Shown one piece after another: positions 21,388 through 32,872 of a DNA stretch of 43,510 nucleotides. Both the position numbers and the translations under genes were made by a program. Below the pieces are notes generated by a model. That model was not told the origin of the DNA. It saw only the letters and a program-made list of their open reading frames with translations, and searched no databases. Position 1 is the first letter of the stretch; every line of letters starts with the position of its first letter. This DNA comes from Octopus bimaculoides (Eukaryota): the NCBI RefSeq assembly GCF_001194135.2, contig NC_068981.1, positions 88,124,002 to 88,167,511 of the forward strand, read 5' to 3'.

Positions 21388-21840
21388 TGCTGTGTGGTAA
21401 GAAGCTTGCTTCCCAACCACATGGTTCTGGGTTCAGTCCCACTGTGTAGCACCCTGGGCAAGTGTCTTCTACTATACCCTCGGCCTCACCAAAGCCTTGT
21501 GAGTGGATTTGGTAGATGGAAACTGAAAGAAGCCCATTGTGTGTATATATATGTGTGTGTGTGTGTGTGTGTCTGTGTGTCTGTGTTTGTCCCCACTGCT
21601 CACCCACCGCTTGGTGTGTTTATGTCCCCATAACTTAGTGGTTCAGCAAAAGNNNNNNNNNNTTTGTCCCCACTGCTCACCCACCGCTTGGTGTGTTTAT
21701 GTCCCCATAACTTAGTGGTTCAGCAAAAGAACGATAGAATAAGTACTAGGCTTACAAAGAATAAGTCCCCGGGTCGATTTCTTCAACTAAAACCCTTTAA
21801 GGCAGTGCTCCAGCATGGCTGCAGTCAAATGGCTAAAGCA
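21388..21840 (+). mobile_element. Family B SINE, near full-length
   Basis: CTGTGTGGTAAGAAGCTTGCTTCCCAACCACATGGTTCTGGGTTCAGTCCCACTG...GCTCCAGCATGGCTGCAGTCAAATGGCTAAAG. Confidence 0.9.
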
Positions 21841-23129
21841 TGTAAAAGAATATATATGTGTGTAAATGTGTGTATGAGTAAGTATTTCTCCCTCTTACCT
21901 TGTTGTGCGTGCATATTGATTTTAAATGAAGTATTACCATTCATACAAATGGTGTCATTTGTTTGCAATCTTCAAAAGCATGACCAGAGTGTTTATTGTT
22001 CAATAGACTGGGGCAAATGCTAACTTGCTTCGAAACAGGTGAATATTGACAACTGGGAGAGCATCTGTGTAGAGACATTTTTCTGCCTTAAAAAAATCTT
22101 ATCTGACTTGTAGAAGCATGGAAAAGTGGTTGTCACACTTTTCCATGATGAAGATTATAAGCGACTATGACAGCTAAGGCGATGACATTTCTGGAAAAGG
22201 ACATAATGATATATTATAATAAGTGTGTTTGTAGACGGTTGGAAATGGGTATAAAGAAATATAGGAAGATATGACATAAGTTCCAAGGTCATTTTATTTT
22301 TTTACAGACACACAAACATTCTTCCATATTTACATAGGTGGGATAGTTTTTGTTTTTTTACTGGAGAAAATGGTTTTATAGCTATATGCCTTCCATTTTT
22401 TCTGCTTAGAAGTGGAACAATAATTCCTATGCCCTTGATAGGGATTTTGAAACTGGTGGGGAAAAAAAATGGGAAAAAAGCATCACAATTCACAGATTGT
22501 TGAAGTAGGAAGTAGCACATGAAGATTTGGAGGTTTTTTTTTTTTTGTGTGTCACTGGTTTTGTTTTTTATAAACCTGCATATTTTGCCCAACATATGGC
22601 ATCTACAGTAGAACTGGGTTATTGTTTACTTAATTTATCCAAATAACTTGTGATAAAAAGAAAAGAAAGAAAAAAAAGAAAACCAACGAAGTTTTTAAGG
22701 AAAAATATTATTTGGTTTAGCTTGATAACTGATAAAGAGTTTGGACTTTCTAATCCTAGTAGATCCTGAAATACCAGAATTAGCACTTTAACAATTTAAC
22801 GTAAAACTATATTATCCAATGTATTCTTTCCTTTCGCAAGATGTTAGGGTGTGAATTGAGAAAGTTTTGGCTGCTATTTCTAGTAAACCAAGTGACTATG
22901 TAGAAGCTCTGTTGTGAATGCTGGTGTGTCATATAAAGAAGTGGTTACCTGATTTCCTATCATTCAGCCACACTCACCATTTTATATTATGTTTTGTGGC
23001 AAAATCTAAGAGTAACGCCCATCATGTTTACTTTGACCTTGACCTGCTTATGACCTTGCTTATGGACATGCTTTCCTCTGCCAAGGAATCACATGGCTGG
23101 GTCTCCATCACAGGATCATTCTTCACTGT

Positions 23130-23310
23130 CCATGTTTGAAGTATCTATTGAATTGGCAGTAATCTTATTATGCTTACACTCTATATATTTATTTGAAGCT
23201 AACTGTGGACATTTCAATACAATGTAATCTATGCTCTCATCTAAATCATAGTACAGTGTGCATTTGGGTGAGCAGTTTTGTTGATCTGTTGTATTCTTGA
23301 TCCATTTTAA
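23130..23310 (-). pseudogene. R4/Dong-clade non-LTR element zinc-knuckle remnant
   Basis: SPKCTLYYDLDESIDYIVLKCPQLASNKYIECKHNKIT corresponds to a decayed KCRLC...ETIxHIxxxCxxLAxxxYxxRHD motif, which precedes the RLE domain. Confidence 0.7.
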
Positions 23311-23328
23311 TAACAATATTTAGGGATT

Positions 23329-24106
23329 ACTCTTTTACTTGTTTGTCATTTGACTGCGGCCATGCTGGGGCACTGCCTTTAGTCGAGTAAATCAACCCCA
23401 GGACTTATTCTTTGTAAGCCTAGTACTTATTCTATCAGTCTCCTTTGCCGAACCGCTAAGTTATGGGGGACGTAAACACACCACCGTCGGTTGTCAATTG
23501 ATGGTGGGGGGGACAAACACAGACACACAAACATACACACACACNNNNNNNNNNNNNNNNNNNNNNNNNNNNNNNNNNNNNNNNNNNNNNNNNNNNNNNN
23601 NNNNNNNNNNNNNNNNNNNNNNNNNNNNNNNNNNNNNNNNNNNNNNNNNNNNNNNNNNNNNNNNNNNNNNNNNNNNNNNNNNNNNNNNNNNNNNNNNNNN
23701 NNNNNNNNNNNNNNNNNNNNNNNNNNNNNNNNNNNNNNNNNNNNNNNNNNNNNNNNNNNNNNNNNNNNNNNNNNNNNNNNNNNNNNNNNNNNNNNNNNNN
23801 NNNNNNNNNNNNNNNNNNNNNNNNNNNNNNNNNNNNNNNNNNNNNNNNNNNNNNNNNNNNNNNNNNNNNNNNNNNNNNNNNNNNNNNNNNNNNNNNNNNN
23901 NNNNNNNNNNNNNNNNNNNNNNNNNNNNNNNATATATATATATATACATATATGTGACAGGCTTCTTTCAGTTTCTGTCTACCAAATCCACTCACAAGGC
24001 TTTGGTTGGCCCGAGGCTATAGTAGAAGACACTTGCCCAAGATGCCACGCAGTGGGAATGAACCCGGAACCATGTGGTTGGTGAGCAGGCTACTTACCAC
24101 ACAGCC
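23329..24106 (-). mobile_element. Family B SINE spanning a roughly 385-N gap (collapsed central microsatellite)
   Basis: Tail and body at 23329-23544; head at 23931-24106. Confidence 0.9.
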
Positions 24107-24138
24107 TGTTGTTGTTGCCTTTGCTGCTGTTGTTGTTT

Positions 24139-24354
24139 AAGGTGGTGAGCTGGCAGAATTGTTACCACGCCGGACGAAATGCTTAGTAGCATTTCGTCTG
24201 CCGCCACATTCTGAGTTAAAATTCCACTGAGGTTGACTTTGCCTTTCATCCTTTCGGGGTCGATAAATTAAGTATCAGTTGAGTGCTGGGGGTCGATGTA
24301 ATTGATTTACCCACTTCCCCCAAAATTCCAAGCCTTGTGCCTATAGTAGAAAGG
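24139..24354 (+). mobile_element. Family A SINE
   Basis: AAGGTGGTGAGCTGGCAGAA...GTTGACTTTGCCTTTCATCCTTTCGGGGTCGATAAATT...CCTTGTGCCTATAGTAGAAAGG, then (ATT)n. Confidence 0.9.
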
Positions 24355-24795
24355 ATTATTATTATTTCTCTTTATCTCGGGTTTTGTTGGAGCTCCTGGA
24401 GCCTTGCATGCATTGCAGGCTTATTACCTGCAGCCTACGGTACCATGTTATTCATTCTTTTCGGCTGTCTAGTACTTCCCTGATTATTCTGGCTGTGCCA
24501 AGGAGGCAAACCTTTTGTAATAGTTCTACTGGGCACTCTATTCCAATTTCCTTTATACTCCCCTTGATGCCTTCTGATACTGTTCTCAAGGATCCAACAA
24601 TAATTGGCACTATCTTCACTTTCCATAGCAAGGCAACTTAAGAGAGTTGTATTTATCTATCTTTTTGCCTTCCTTCTTGATATTTTGTGGGGCAAAGGGA
24701 AATGCAACATCAACCATATAGCATATGTAGTGCACTAGGTCCGGTCTGTTATGTTCTAGCACTCGATCTGTTTGGATTGGGAAATCCCAGAGAAT
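24355..24795 (-). mobile_element. R4/Dong-clade non-LTR retrotransposon 3' end (RLE endonuclease, 3'UTR and (AAT)n tail)
   Basis: ETSKILWDFPIQTDRVLEHNRPDLV...MVDVAFP...KKIDKYNSLK, then LWKVKIVPIIVGSLRTVSEGIK...ELLQKVCLLGTARIIREVLDSRKE* (stop 24452-24454). Contains the PD..D..K RLE motif and is frameshifted. Confidence 0.9.
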
Positions 24796-25273
24796 TTTGC
24801 TAGTTTCCTCCTCCTNNNNNNNNNNNNNNNNNNNNNNNNNNNNNNNNNNNNNNNNNNNNNNNNNNNNNNNNNNNNNNNNNNNNNNNNNNNNNNNNNNNNN
24901 NNNNNNNNNNNNNNNNNNNNNNNNNNNNNNNNNNNNNNNNNNNNNNNNNNNNNNNNNNNNNNNNNNNNNNNNNNNNNNNNNNNNNNNNNNNNNNNNNNNN
25001 NNNNNNNNNNNNNNNNNNNNNNNNNNNNNNNNNNNNNNNNNNNNNNNNNNNNNNNNNNNNNNNNNNNNNNNNNNNNNNNNNNNNNNNNNNNNNNNNNNNN
25101 NNNNNNNNNNNNNNNNNNNNNNNNNNNNNNNNNNNNNNNNNNNNNNNNNNNNNNNNNNNNNNNNNNNNNNNNNNNNNNNNNNNNNNNNNNNNNNNNNNNN
25201 NNNNNNNNNNNNNNNNNNNNNNNNNNNNNNNNNNNNNNNNNNNNNNNNNNNNNNNNNNNNNNNNNNNNNNNNC

Positions 25274-25392
25274 CCCTCCTCCTCCTCCTCTTCATCCTCC
25301 TCTTCATCCTCCTCGTCTTCCTCCTTCCCCTCCTCGTCTTCCTCCTTCCCCTCCTCGTCTTCAGCATCATCATCAACAACAACAACTACATT
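25274..25392. repeat. (CCT/CTT/CAT/CAA)n trinucleotide tract next to a gap
   Basis: Directly visible. Confidence 0.9.
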
Positions 25393-26784
25393 ATCAATGT
25401 CATTTTCATTGTTGCAATACTTATTATGATGGTGACATTCTTTGGTGGAGTAATAATGCATAAATACAATTGCAATTTCGCTTCTGAACACATATTCTTT
25501 TCTTCCAGCTACTTATAAAATAGCTATTACTGTCAACTTTAGGACAGGGGTGGTATATCCTTTCCGAAGAGTCAGTGTGCCAATTTCTCTCTTCTTGATT
25601 CATATTTTACTAAGGTCTTGTGTATAGTTGGAAATGTCTTGTCTAATATTTTAGTCACTTTTTGCAAATATTTATATACTGTTTGTTTCTTCGGTTTTTT
25701 TTTATATGCTCTTCAGTAGATAAACAGCTTTAAAAGTATTGTTTAAGCTGAAAATATAATTGCATTGTGGGGGTGGCAAGCAAGGAGAAGCAAGACTGAA
25801 TGAAGGACAATAGGAAGGGAAAAGGACAAAAGGGAAATGAAGTGGTAAAGGGAAGAGTGCAAGAGATGTGACTGGATGAAGGGCAAGGGCAAAGAACCAT
25901 AGTTATCCAATGTGTTTGTCTTTAAAGAGATCTACTGCTTGGCACTGGTAGGTAATGAATTACACAGATGGTAATGTCCTTTTTTCCATCTGCCATTTTA
26001 GATGGGATGTATGCCAAAAATGGAAATACCATAATCAAGAATTAAAAGGTGAAGATAACAAGAGATTTGACAAGTGAAGAGCAGGCTAAATATTAAGATT
26101 GCACTCCAATGGGCTTAGTGTCTGTGTATGTATATGTATGTATACATACATACATACATACATACCCCCAACCTACGCCAACATGGAAAGCAACGGATGT
26201 AAAATGCTACTGCTGCTGATGTGTGTGTGTGTATACACATAGATGTATGCACATGCTTTAAAATAGTTCTTTAAAGATTTAATATTTTAAAGAATGGTTT
26301 TTGTATTATTGTGAGGGCAAATTTCAATAATTATTCAGGTTATAAAGTTAATTTTTCAAACAAACAGGAAGAAATTATTATTTTACTCTTTTTAGAACTT
26401 TTATCTACAATGCTCTTTAAACTTTTGAAAGGTCTTCAAGACATTACATTATGGAATCTGTATAGATCTTAGTGGCATCAGGAGTTTAATTAAATAAAAA
26501 TATTAGCAGTTTAGAATTTAAATTTTAAAAAGGAATTTACAATTGAAACATAGTCAAGCTGGCTAAATTTATAAGGCAGCTTATTTTCTGTCCATGGTTT
26601 AATTCACATACCATCCTAATGTTCTTGATGTGTCCAAAGTGAAGATATGTAGCATTTTAGTGTGCAGTTTCAGCAATCTATGATTTCATCTAAACTGTTT
26701 GCTAGACGTTTGTCAAAAACAATCGAATGCAAAGCTCTTAGACAAGTTTACTTGTTCAGTATATAGTGTTAAATTTAGAGATTT

Positions 26785-27110
26785 CCTTATCTTTTATCTT
26801 TTACTTGTTTCAGTCATTAGACTGTGGCCATGCTGGGGGCACGGCCTTGAATTTTTAGTCGAATGAATTAACCCAGTACTTATTTTTTTAAGCCTTGTAC
26901 TTATTCTAGTTGTGGGAGACAAACACAGATACAAAGACACACACACACACACACACACACACATGACAGACTTCTTTCTGTTTCTGTCTACCAAATTCAC
27001 TCAAAAGGCTTTGGTCATTTCAAGGCTATAGCAGAAGACACTTGCCCAAGGTGCCACACAGTGGGACTGAACCCTGATTCATGTGGCTGGGAAGCAAGCT
27101 TCTTCCCACC
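26785..27110 (-). mobile_element. Family B SINE with an internal deletion
   Basis: Tail, (CA)n and head motifs as in the other copies. Confidence 0.85.
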
Positions 27111-27604
27111 TGTGCTTTAAAAGATGGATTTAATTATTTTTTTTCCTTTGTTTCTTAATGAGGTCCAGATACTTGGCTAGATAGTGGCTAAATTGAGCCG
27201 TAGAGCATTCATTGGTGCAGCTAGGATTACTAACCTACATTGTGATGCTGATGCAGTTATTCATGCTGAGTCTTAAGGAGTGTTCTCTTTCTACTATGTG
27301 AGGAAGTGGAACCACTTGGTCTTAGATTTCCTTGGGTCAAGACAAATATCCAGTCTTTGGTTGTCTTGCTGGGGGACTCCAAGGCAAAGACAATTAGAAC
27401 AGAAAATAGATTAGAACAAAGCTGTATTGTGTAGTAAAGCATCTAGTCTGTTTCATTTTTTGCTAATCCTTATAATATTGTTGAGTTGCACTCATTAAGC
27501 AAGAAATTTTATCTCAGATGTTTTGGGACTAAAAACAATTGCATCATGGTATAAGTGTCATTGCAGTCATTAACAACACATGTTGTTATATTCAATTTTA
27601 TTTC

Positions 27605-27903
27605 ACGTAAATAGCACCATTTGAGCATGACCAATACCAACGTTGCCTTCCTGGCACTTGTGCCAGTGACACGTAAAAAGACATTTGAGCAAGTTCGTTG
27701 CCAGTACCGCCTGACTGGCCTTCGTGCCGGTGGCACGTAAAAGCACCCACTACACTCTCGGAGTGGTTGGCGTTAGGAAGGGCATCCAGCTGTAGAAACT
27801 CTGCCAAATCAGATTGGTGCCTGGTGTAGCCATCTGGTTCACCAGTCCTCAGTCAAATCATCCAACCCATGCTAGCATGGAAAGCGGACATTAAACGATG
27901 ATT
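27605..27903 (+). mobile_element. Family C repeat, young copy
   Basis: GTGCCGGTGGCACGTAAAAGCACCCACTACACTCTCGGAGTGGTTGGCGTTAGGAAGGGCATCCAGCTGTAGAAACTCTGCC...AAACGATGAT; CpGs retained. Confidence 0.9.
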
Positions 27904-28097
27904 TCAATTATTTTGTAATAATTATACATCCAGAACCTGATTCTCTCTGTTTCACTAGATCTCTTAGAACATTTTTGTGATGGGAAGTGTGGAGTTGATT
28001 GAAGTGAACTTAGTATATACCTGTTACTTATTTTTTTGTACTCCAAAGGAATGAAAGGCAAAGTCAACATTAGTAGAATTGACTTTCAGTATAGAAA

Positions 28098-28621
28098 AAT
28101 GGTGCTAAATATTGATTTCAAATTTTGGCACAAGGCCAGCAATTTTGGGGAACGGGGCAAGTCAGTTATATCAACCCCAGTACTCAACTGGTGCTTATTT
28201 TATCAACCCTGAAAGAATAAAAAGCAAAGTTGACTTTGGCAGAGTTTGAACTCAGAACATGAAGATGGATGAAATGCTGCTAAGCATTTCACCCAGCATG
28301 CTAATGATTCTGCCAGATCACTGCCTTAATGGTGCTAAATATTGGTTTCATATTTTGGCNNNNNNNNNNNNNNNNNNNNNNNNNNNNNNNNNNNNNNNNN
28401 NNNNNNNNNNNNNNNNNNNNNNNNNNNNNNNNNNTAAGTCGATTACATTGACCCCAGTGCTCAACTGGTACTTATTTTATCGACCCTGAGAGGATGAAAG
28501 GCAAAGTCAACTTCAGCAGAATTTGAACTCAGAATGCAATGATGGGCGAAATACCACTAAGCATTTTGCCTGGCATGCTAACGATTCTGCCAGCTCACCA
28601 CCTTAATGGTGCTAAATATTG
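28098..28621 (-). mobile_element. Two head-to-tail Family A SINEs separated and flanked by the same 17-nt sequence
   Basis: AATGGTGCTAAATATTG at 28098, 28328 and 28605, with a SINE body between each pair; the second body spans an N gap. Confidence 0.8.
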
Positions 28622-29207
28622 AAAGGTATTTCCTTTGCTGCTCAGTGATTACTACTACTTTAATGTCTTCTCTAATTCCCATATTGTCATTGATGTTTTT
28701 TCCTTCTGTTGGCATTAAAACCTCATATTTACGAGGGAGGTGAATGAGATTATGTGACTGCCTCTCTCATGGGCATTAGCAAAATAAATGTCCAACACTC
28801 TACTGTGTCACTCAACCTACTGGTTTCTGTTTGGATTAATTGTAAAAGTATTAATGATAACTTCATACATATGCATGAATAATTATAAGTAATCAGGAAA
28901 GTGTAACCAATCAAAAATATTTAGCAATGTTAAATGAAAAGGTTTCCAACTGGGATTCGAAATTACAGTAAACTTGGCTTCCCTAAAAGTTTCCATTGCT
29001 CCATAATGAACACCCATAATTATTTATTAATTTCTTATGACTAACAAAGAATAAGTCCTGGGTGTCGATTTGCTCGACTAAAGGAGGTGCTCCAGCATGG
29101 CCGCAGTCTAATGACTGAAACAAATGAAAGAATAAAAGAAAGTTGATTTTGTTGATTGGATCAACTGGAGCCCTCGTCATCATAACTGACAGAATGCCAG
29201 TTTAATA

Positions 29208-29455
29208 CATCATGGTATCACATGATTGACCAGACTATCGGATGTTGTTATACATCACTGGTCACATTGTGCTTCACATTGTTTTAGCCTTCGAATGATG
29301 CCACTCTGCTGGCTAAGTGAGCAGGCCAGCATTCCCTCAGACCAAAAGACTACTCTGTCTCAGGGTTACCCATTTACTGCTGGATGGGCTGGTGCAATGT
29401 GAAATGAAGTGTTTTCCTCAAGAACACAACGCTCTGCCTGGTTCGGGAAATTGGC
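29208..29455 (-). mobile_element. Family D (CORE-like) tRNA-derived SINE
   Basis: Minus strand GCGTTGTGTTCTTGAGGAAAACACTTCATTTCACATTGCACCAGCCCATCCAGCAGTAAATGGGTA, matching 32632 and 39270. Confidence 0.7.
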
Positions 29456-29472
29456 ACCTTCACATTTATACA

Positions 29473-29869
29473 TATTCTTTTATTCTTTTACTTGCTTCAG
29501 TCACTTGACTGTGGCCATACTGGGGCACTGCTTTGAAGGGTTTTAGTCGAACAAATCAACTGCAGGAATTATTCTTTTTTAAGCCTAGTACTTATTCTAT
29601 CAGTTTCGCTTTGCTGAACCACTAAGTTATGGTGGCGTAAACACATCAACAGTGGATGTCAAGCGTTGATGGGGGACAAACACAAACATAAAGACACACA
29701 CACATAGATATATGCATATATATATACTATGGGTTTTGTTCAGTTTCCGTCTACCATATCCACTCACAAGGCTTTGATCAGCCTGACACTATAATAGAAG
29801 ATACTTGCTCAAGGTGCCACTCTGTGGGACTGAACCCAAAACCATGTGGTTGGTAAGCAAGCTTCTTAT
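29473..29869 (-). mobile_element. Family B SINE, near full-length
   Basis: Standard tail, body and head motifs. Confidence 0.85.
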
Positions 29870-30154
29870 ATTTATATTTACAAAGGGTAAGAGTTTGTCT
29901 CTTATCCTTTGTAAAAAAGACATATGCAATATATACAGATAGATTAGTGCAGAGACCAGATTGAATACTTGAAATCCAATGTCAAATGATGAGAAATGTA
30001 ATTTAGGTAAAAATGAGTTGGCTATAGGAAATTCAGCTGTCAAGTAATAATGAAGATAAAGATACAACTGGTTGCTAATGGCATCAATGCATTTTTGAGT
30101 CATAAATGCTTTGATACTACTTAGAATCACCTGTCCATCTTCTATTTTATCGTA

Positions 30155-30670
30155 ATCATCATCATCAGCAGTTAACATCTGTTTTCCATGCTGGCATGGG
30201 TTGGACAGTTTGACAGGAGCTGGTTAGTTGGGGAGCTGTCCAAATTCCAGTTGTCTATCGTGGCATGGTTCCTATAGCTGGGTGCCCTTCTTAATGCCAA
30301 CCACTTTACAGAATGTGCTGGGTGCTTTTTATGTGCCACTGGCACAGGTGCATATATGCAGCACTGGCACAAGTGCATTTTATGTAACCCCGGCACCTGT
30401 AAAAGACAAGCCTGTATGTAAGGATGACAGCGATTTTACTTAGCTTGGCATGTCTTCTCGAGTACAGCAAATCTCCACAACTCCTGGTCCCTTGTCATTT
30501 CCTCAGTGAGGTCCAGCGTCTGAAGATTCTTTTTCACCACTTCATCCCATGTCTTCCTGGGTCTACCCCTTCCACAGGCTCCATCTACAATTAGAGCTTG
30601 GCACTTCTTTATGCCGCTGTCCTCAGCCATACACATCACATCACCAAACCAGCACAATCTTCTCTCTTGC
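30155..30670 (-). mobile_element. RTE-clade LINE 3' end: ORF C-terminus followed directly by the Family C sequence as 3'UTR
   Basis: QERRLCWFGDVMCMAEDSGIKKCQALIVDGACGRGRPRKTWDEVVKKNL...MTRDQELWRFAVLEKTCQAK* (stop at 30436), then GCACCCAGCAC...AAGAAGGGCACCCAGC...CCAACCCATGCCAGCATGGAAAA and a (GAT)n tail. Confidence 0.9.
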
Positions 30671-30681
30671 ACACAACATTT

Positions 30682-30684
30682 ACA

Positions 30685-30778
<94 letters not shown>
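30682..30778. repeat. (CA)n microsatellite, about 48 units
   Basis: Directly visible. Confidence 0.95.
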
Positions 30779-30781
<3 letters not shown>

Positions 30782-31623
30782 TTATTTTATTTGTGCCCTC
30801 AACCTCTCTTAGAATATATTTTTAAAGACTTATTATTGTAAGGAACTGTGAATATATCGAAAAGTAATGGGGTTCTGTCAAAAGAAAGAAAAAAACAGGA
30901 AAGGAAAAATAAAAAGAGCAAAAGAATTTTATTATAATTTAACTTTCATCACATGTAAAATTGAATTTGACACTTTATGCATATAACCCCACTCCCTCAT
31001 TTCACTGTCAATTTGGTAACTCAGTTTTAGATGGCAGGAAATTTGAAATGAGTAAATGGATTAAGGGATCGTGTTCTGTTTTGTATTCTGTTTCCAAATA
31101 TATTCGTTGTGGTGGTGGTGGTGGTGGTGGTGTGGGTCAATTATTTGTTCTGCCTTTCAGCTTTCATCTAACTCCAAAGGTTGATGACCTGACTTTATTT
31201 CAGAATATATTTTATTTTTACCAATAGAAAGAATATTCTTTCTTTCTAGTGATGCTAAAAATTCCCTTTTGTTCTGAGAGTTAAATTGATTAATTTTCAT
31301 ATTTTCTCCTTTCTCTTCAGTAAAATTGAGCCTAAATTCTTGCCACTCCCTATAAATTTCATCATGGCTTTGTATATATACATATACATACATATATATA
31401 TATATAAAGTAGAATTTGTGTGTGTGTGTGTGTGTATGTTTCTTATGCATTTGGAAACTTAGTTGCTGATTTTGATGTATGGATTATCAAAAGATTCAGT
31501 AATCTTTTGGCTACCAAATAAACTTTATTTTCGTTTATATATTTGCATTACAAAAATTTAATGATATAATCTTTCTGTAAGTCAACTATTGTAAACGACA
31601 TTTTATACCATGATGATGTCACA

Positions 31624-32320
31624 TCTACGTCTATATATTAGTAGATGTCTGTGTATTTGTATGTTTGTGCATAATGCCAATGACGGAGTGAGAGGGGAAA
31701 GAAAGAAACAGAGAAGCAAAGTGAGGAAGTGGCTCTTTACTTCTCCTCCTCCATCCCCTCATTCGTCGCAACATTTTTCAATAGAAGGAGAAATGTCAAT
31801 AGTGTAAGTGCATTAGAATTCCAATCAAACCAACAAACATGCCATTTGAGTTCAAGGGAACACAACTTCCAGTGGGACAATGTCTATTAATAAATGTCTT
31901 CACAATGTCTATTAATAAAGGTCAAGGTCAGACTCTGAAATCTACTGACTTGCACTTAATTGAGCCTTGCTTTTCTCATGGTCATCTTTATGTTGGTTGT
32001 TCAAGGGTTGGTAGTTTGCAAAACTTATTTGTCTATGCTCCAAACCAGAAAACAAAGAATGTTGTTTGCCCAGAAGCTCTTATGTGATTTTCTTCAACAT
32101 ATGTGATAGAATTTATCTCCTTTCATAAAAGTGGTAAATTTTGTATTTTCGTTTTTTGTTATTTTTTTTTTTTTTGTATTATGAATTCAGAATTGATTTC
32201 TCAATTGAAGAATAAATTGAATTTAGAATAAACAAATTTCTATACAACATATTTTGCTTTTTTTCTTCCTATATATAAGGAACAATTTCATTCCCAGGCA
32301 ATGCTGGGTGCCACTACTAG
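31624..32320 (+). mobile_element. Internally deleted Helitron retaining the PIF1-type helicase C-terminus
   Basis: RIPIKPTNMPFEFK...FTMSINKGQGQTL...EPCFSHGHLYVGCSRVG...KTKNVVCPEALM* (about 31816-32087). 3' hairpin CCCAGGCAATGCTGGG (32293-32308) followed by CTAG|T (32317-32320). Putative 5' A|TC at 31624 is less certain. Confidence 0.9.
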
Positions 32321-32631
32321 TATATATATATATTTATAGTTAATAAAAGAAATGGAGAAAAAAAAGACAAGAAAAAAACAACAACACAAAGACATGGTAC
32401 ATGCAAAGTATTAATAAGACGCCTAGAGAAGGAAAGAAAGCTGTTCTTCGGAAGCAGGAGACATGGGAAAGTCCAAAAGAGAAGGAAGAAGGAGGGAAAA
32501 AAAATTGCCAATATTCCACATACATATAGAGTGGGGGGGGGGGGCTGTGTGGATAAGAACCCTAGAAACTTGGTTCTCAACCATGTGGTTTTGAATTCAG
32601 TCTCACTGCACAGCACCTTGGGCAAGTGTAG

Positions 32632-32872
32632 AGGCACATGGCTTAGTGGTTAGGGTGTTGGATTCATGATCATAAGATTGTAGTTTTGATTCCTGGACTG
32701 GGCAGTGCGTTGTGTTCTTGAGCAAAAAACTTCATTCCATATTACTCTAGTCCTCTCAGCTGACAAAAATGAGTAATCCTGCAATGGCCTGGGGTTTCGT
32801 CCAGTGGGGAATTAATATGCCATGGAAACTGGGAAACTATCCCTTATGAGTCAGCATGACTTGAGAAGGTAA
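32632..32872 (+). mobile_element. Family D SINE inserted into a Family B SINE (32545-32630 and 32880-33030)
   Basis: TGGCTTAGTGGTTAGG (A-box) ... GATTCCTGG ... GCGTTGTGTTCTTGAGCAAAA; Family B sequence CTTGGGCAAGTGT is repeated on both sides. Confidence 0.75.

Noticed and set aside
20654-21607. Multiple His-Thr / Val-Cys repeat ORFs (also at 13379, 18060, 30436-30841, 33155, 35905, 38274)
   Set aside because: These are translations of (CA)n, (TG)n and (ATAC)n microsatellites inside SINEs.
21586-21729. Exact 67-bp direct repeat flanking a 10-N gap
   Set aside because: Identical sequence on either side of a placeholder gap is a typical scaffolding artefact.
23456-25518. Long ORFs of 150-290 aa containing X runs
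   Set aside because: They are artefacts of N gaps; only the RLE-like part at 24616-24795 is meaningful.
29789-30178. 129-aa minus-strand ORF
   Set aside because: It starts in a Family C tail and ends in a SINE; the middle has no recognisable homology and only a weak donor.
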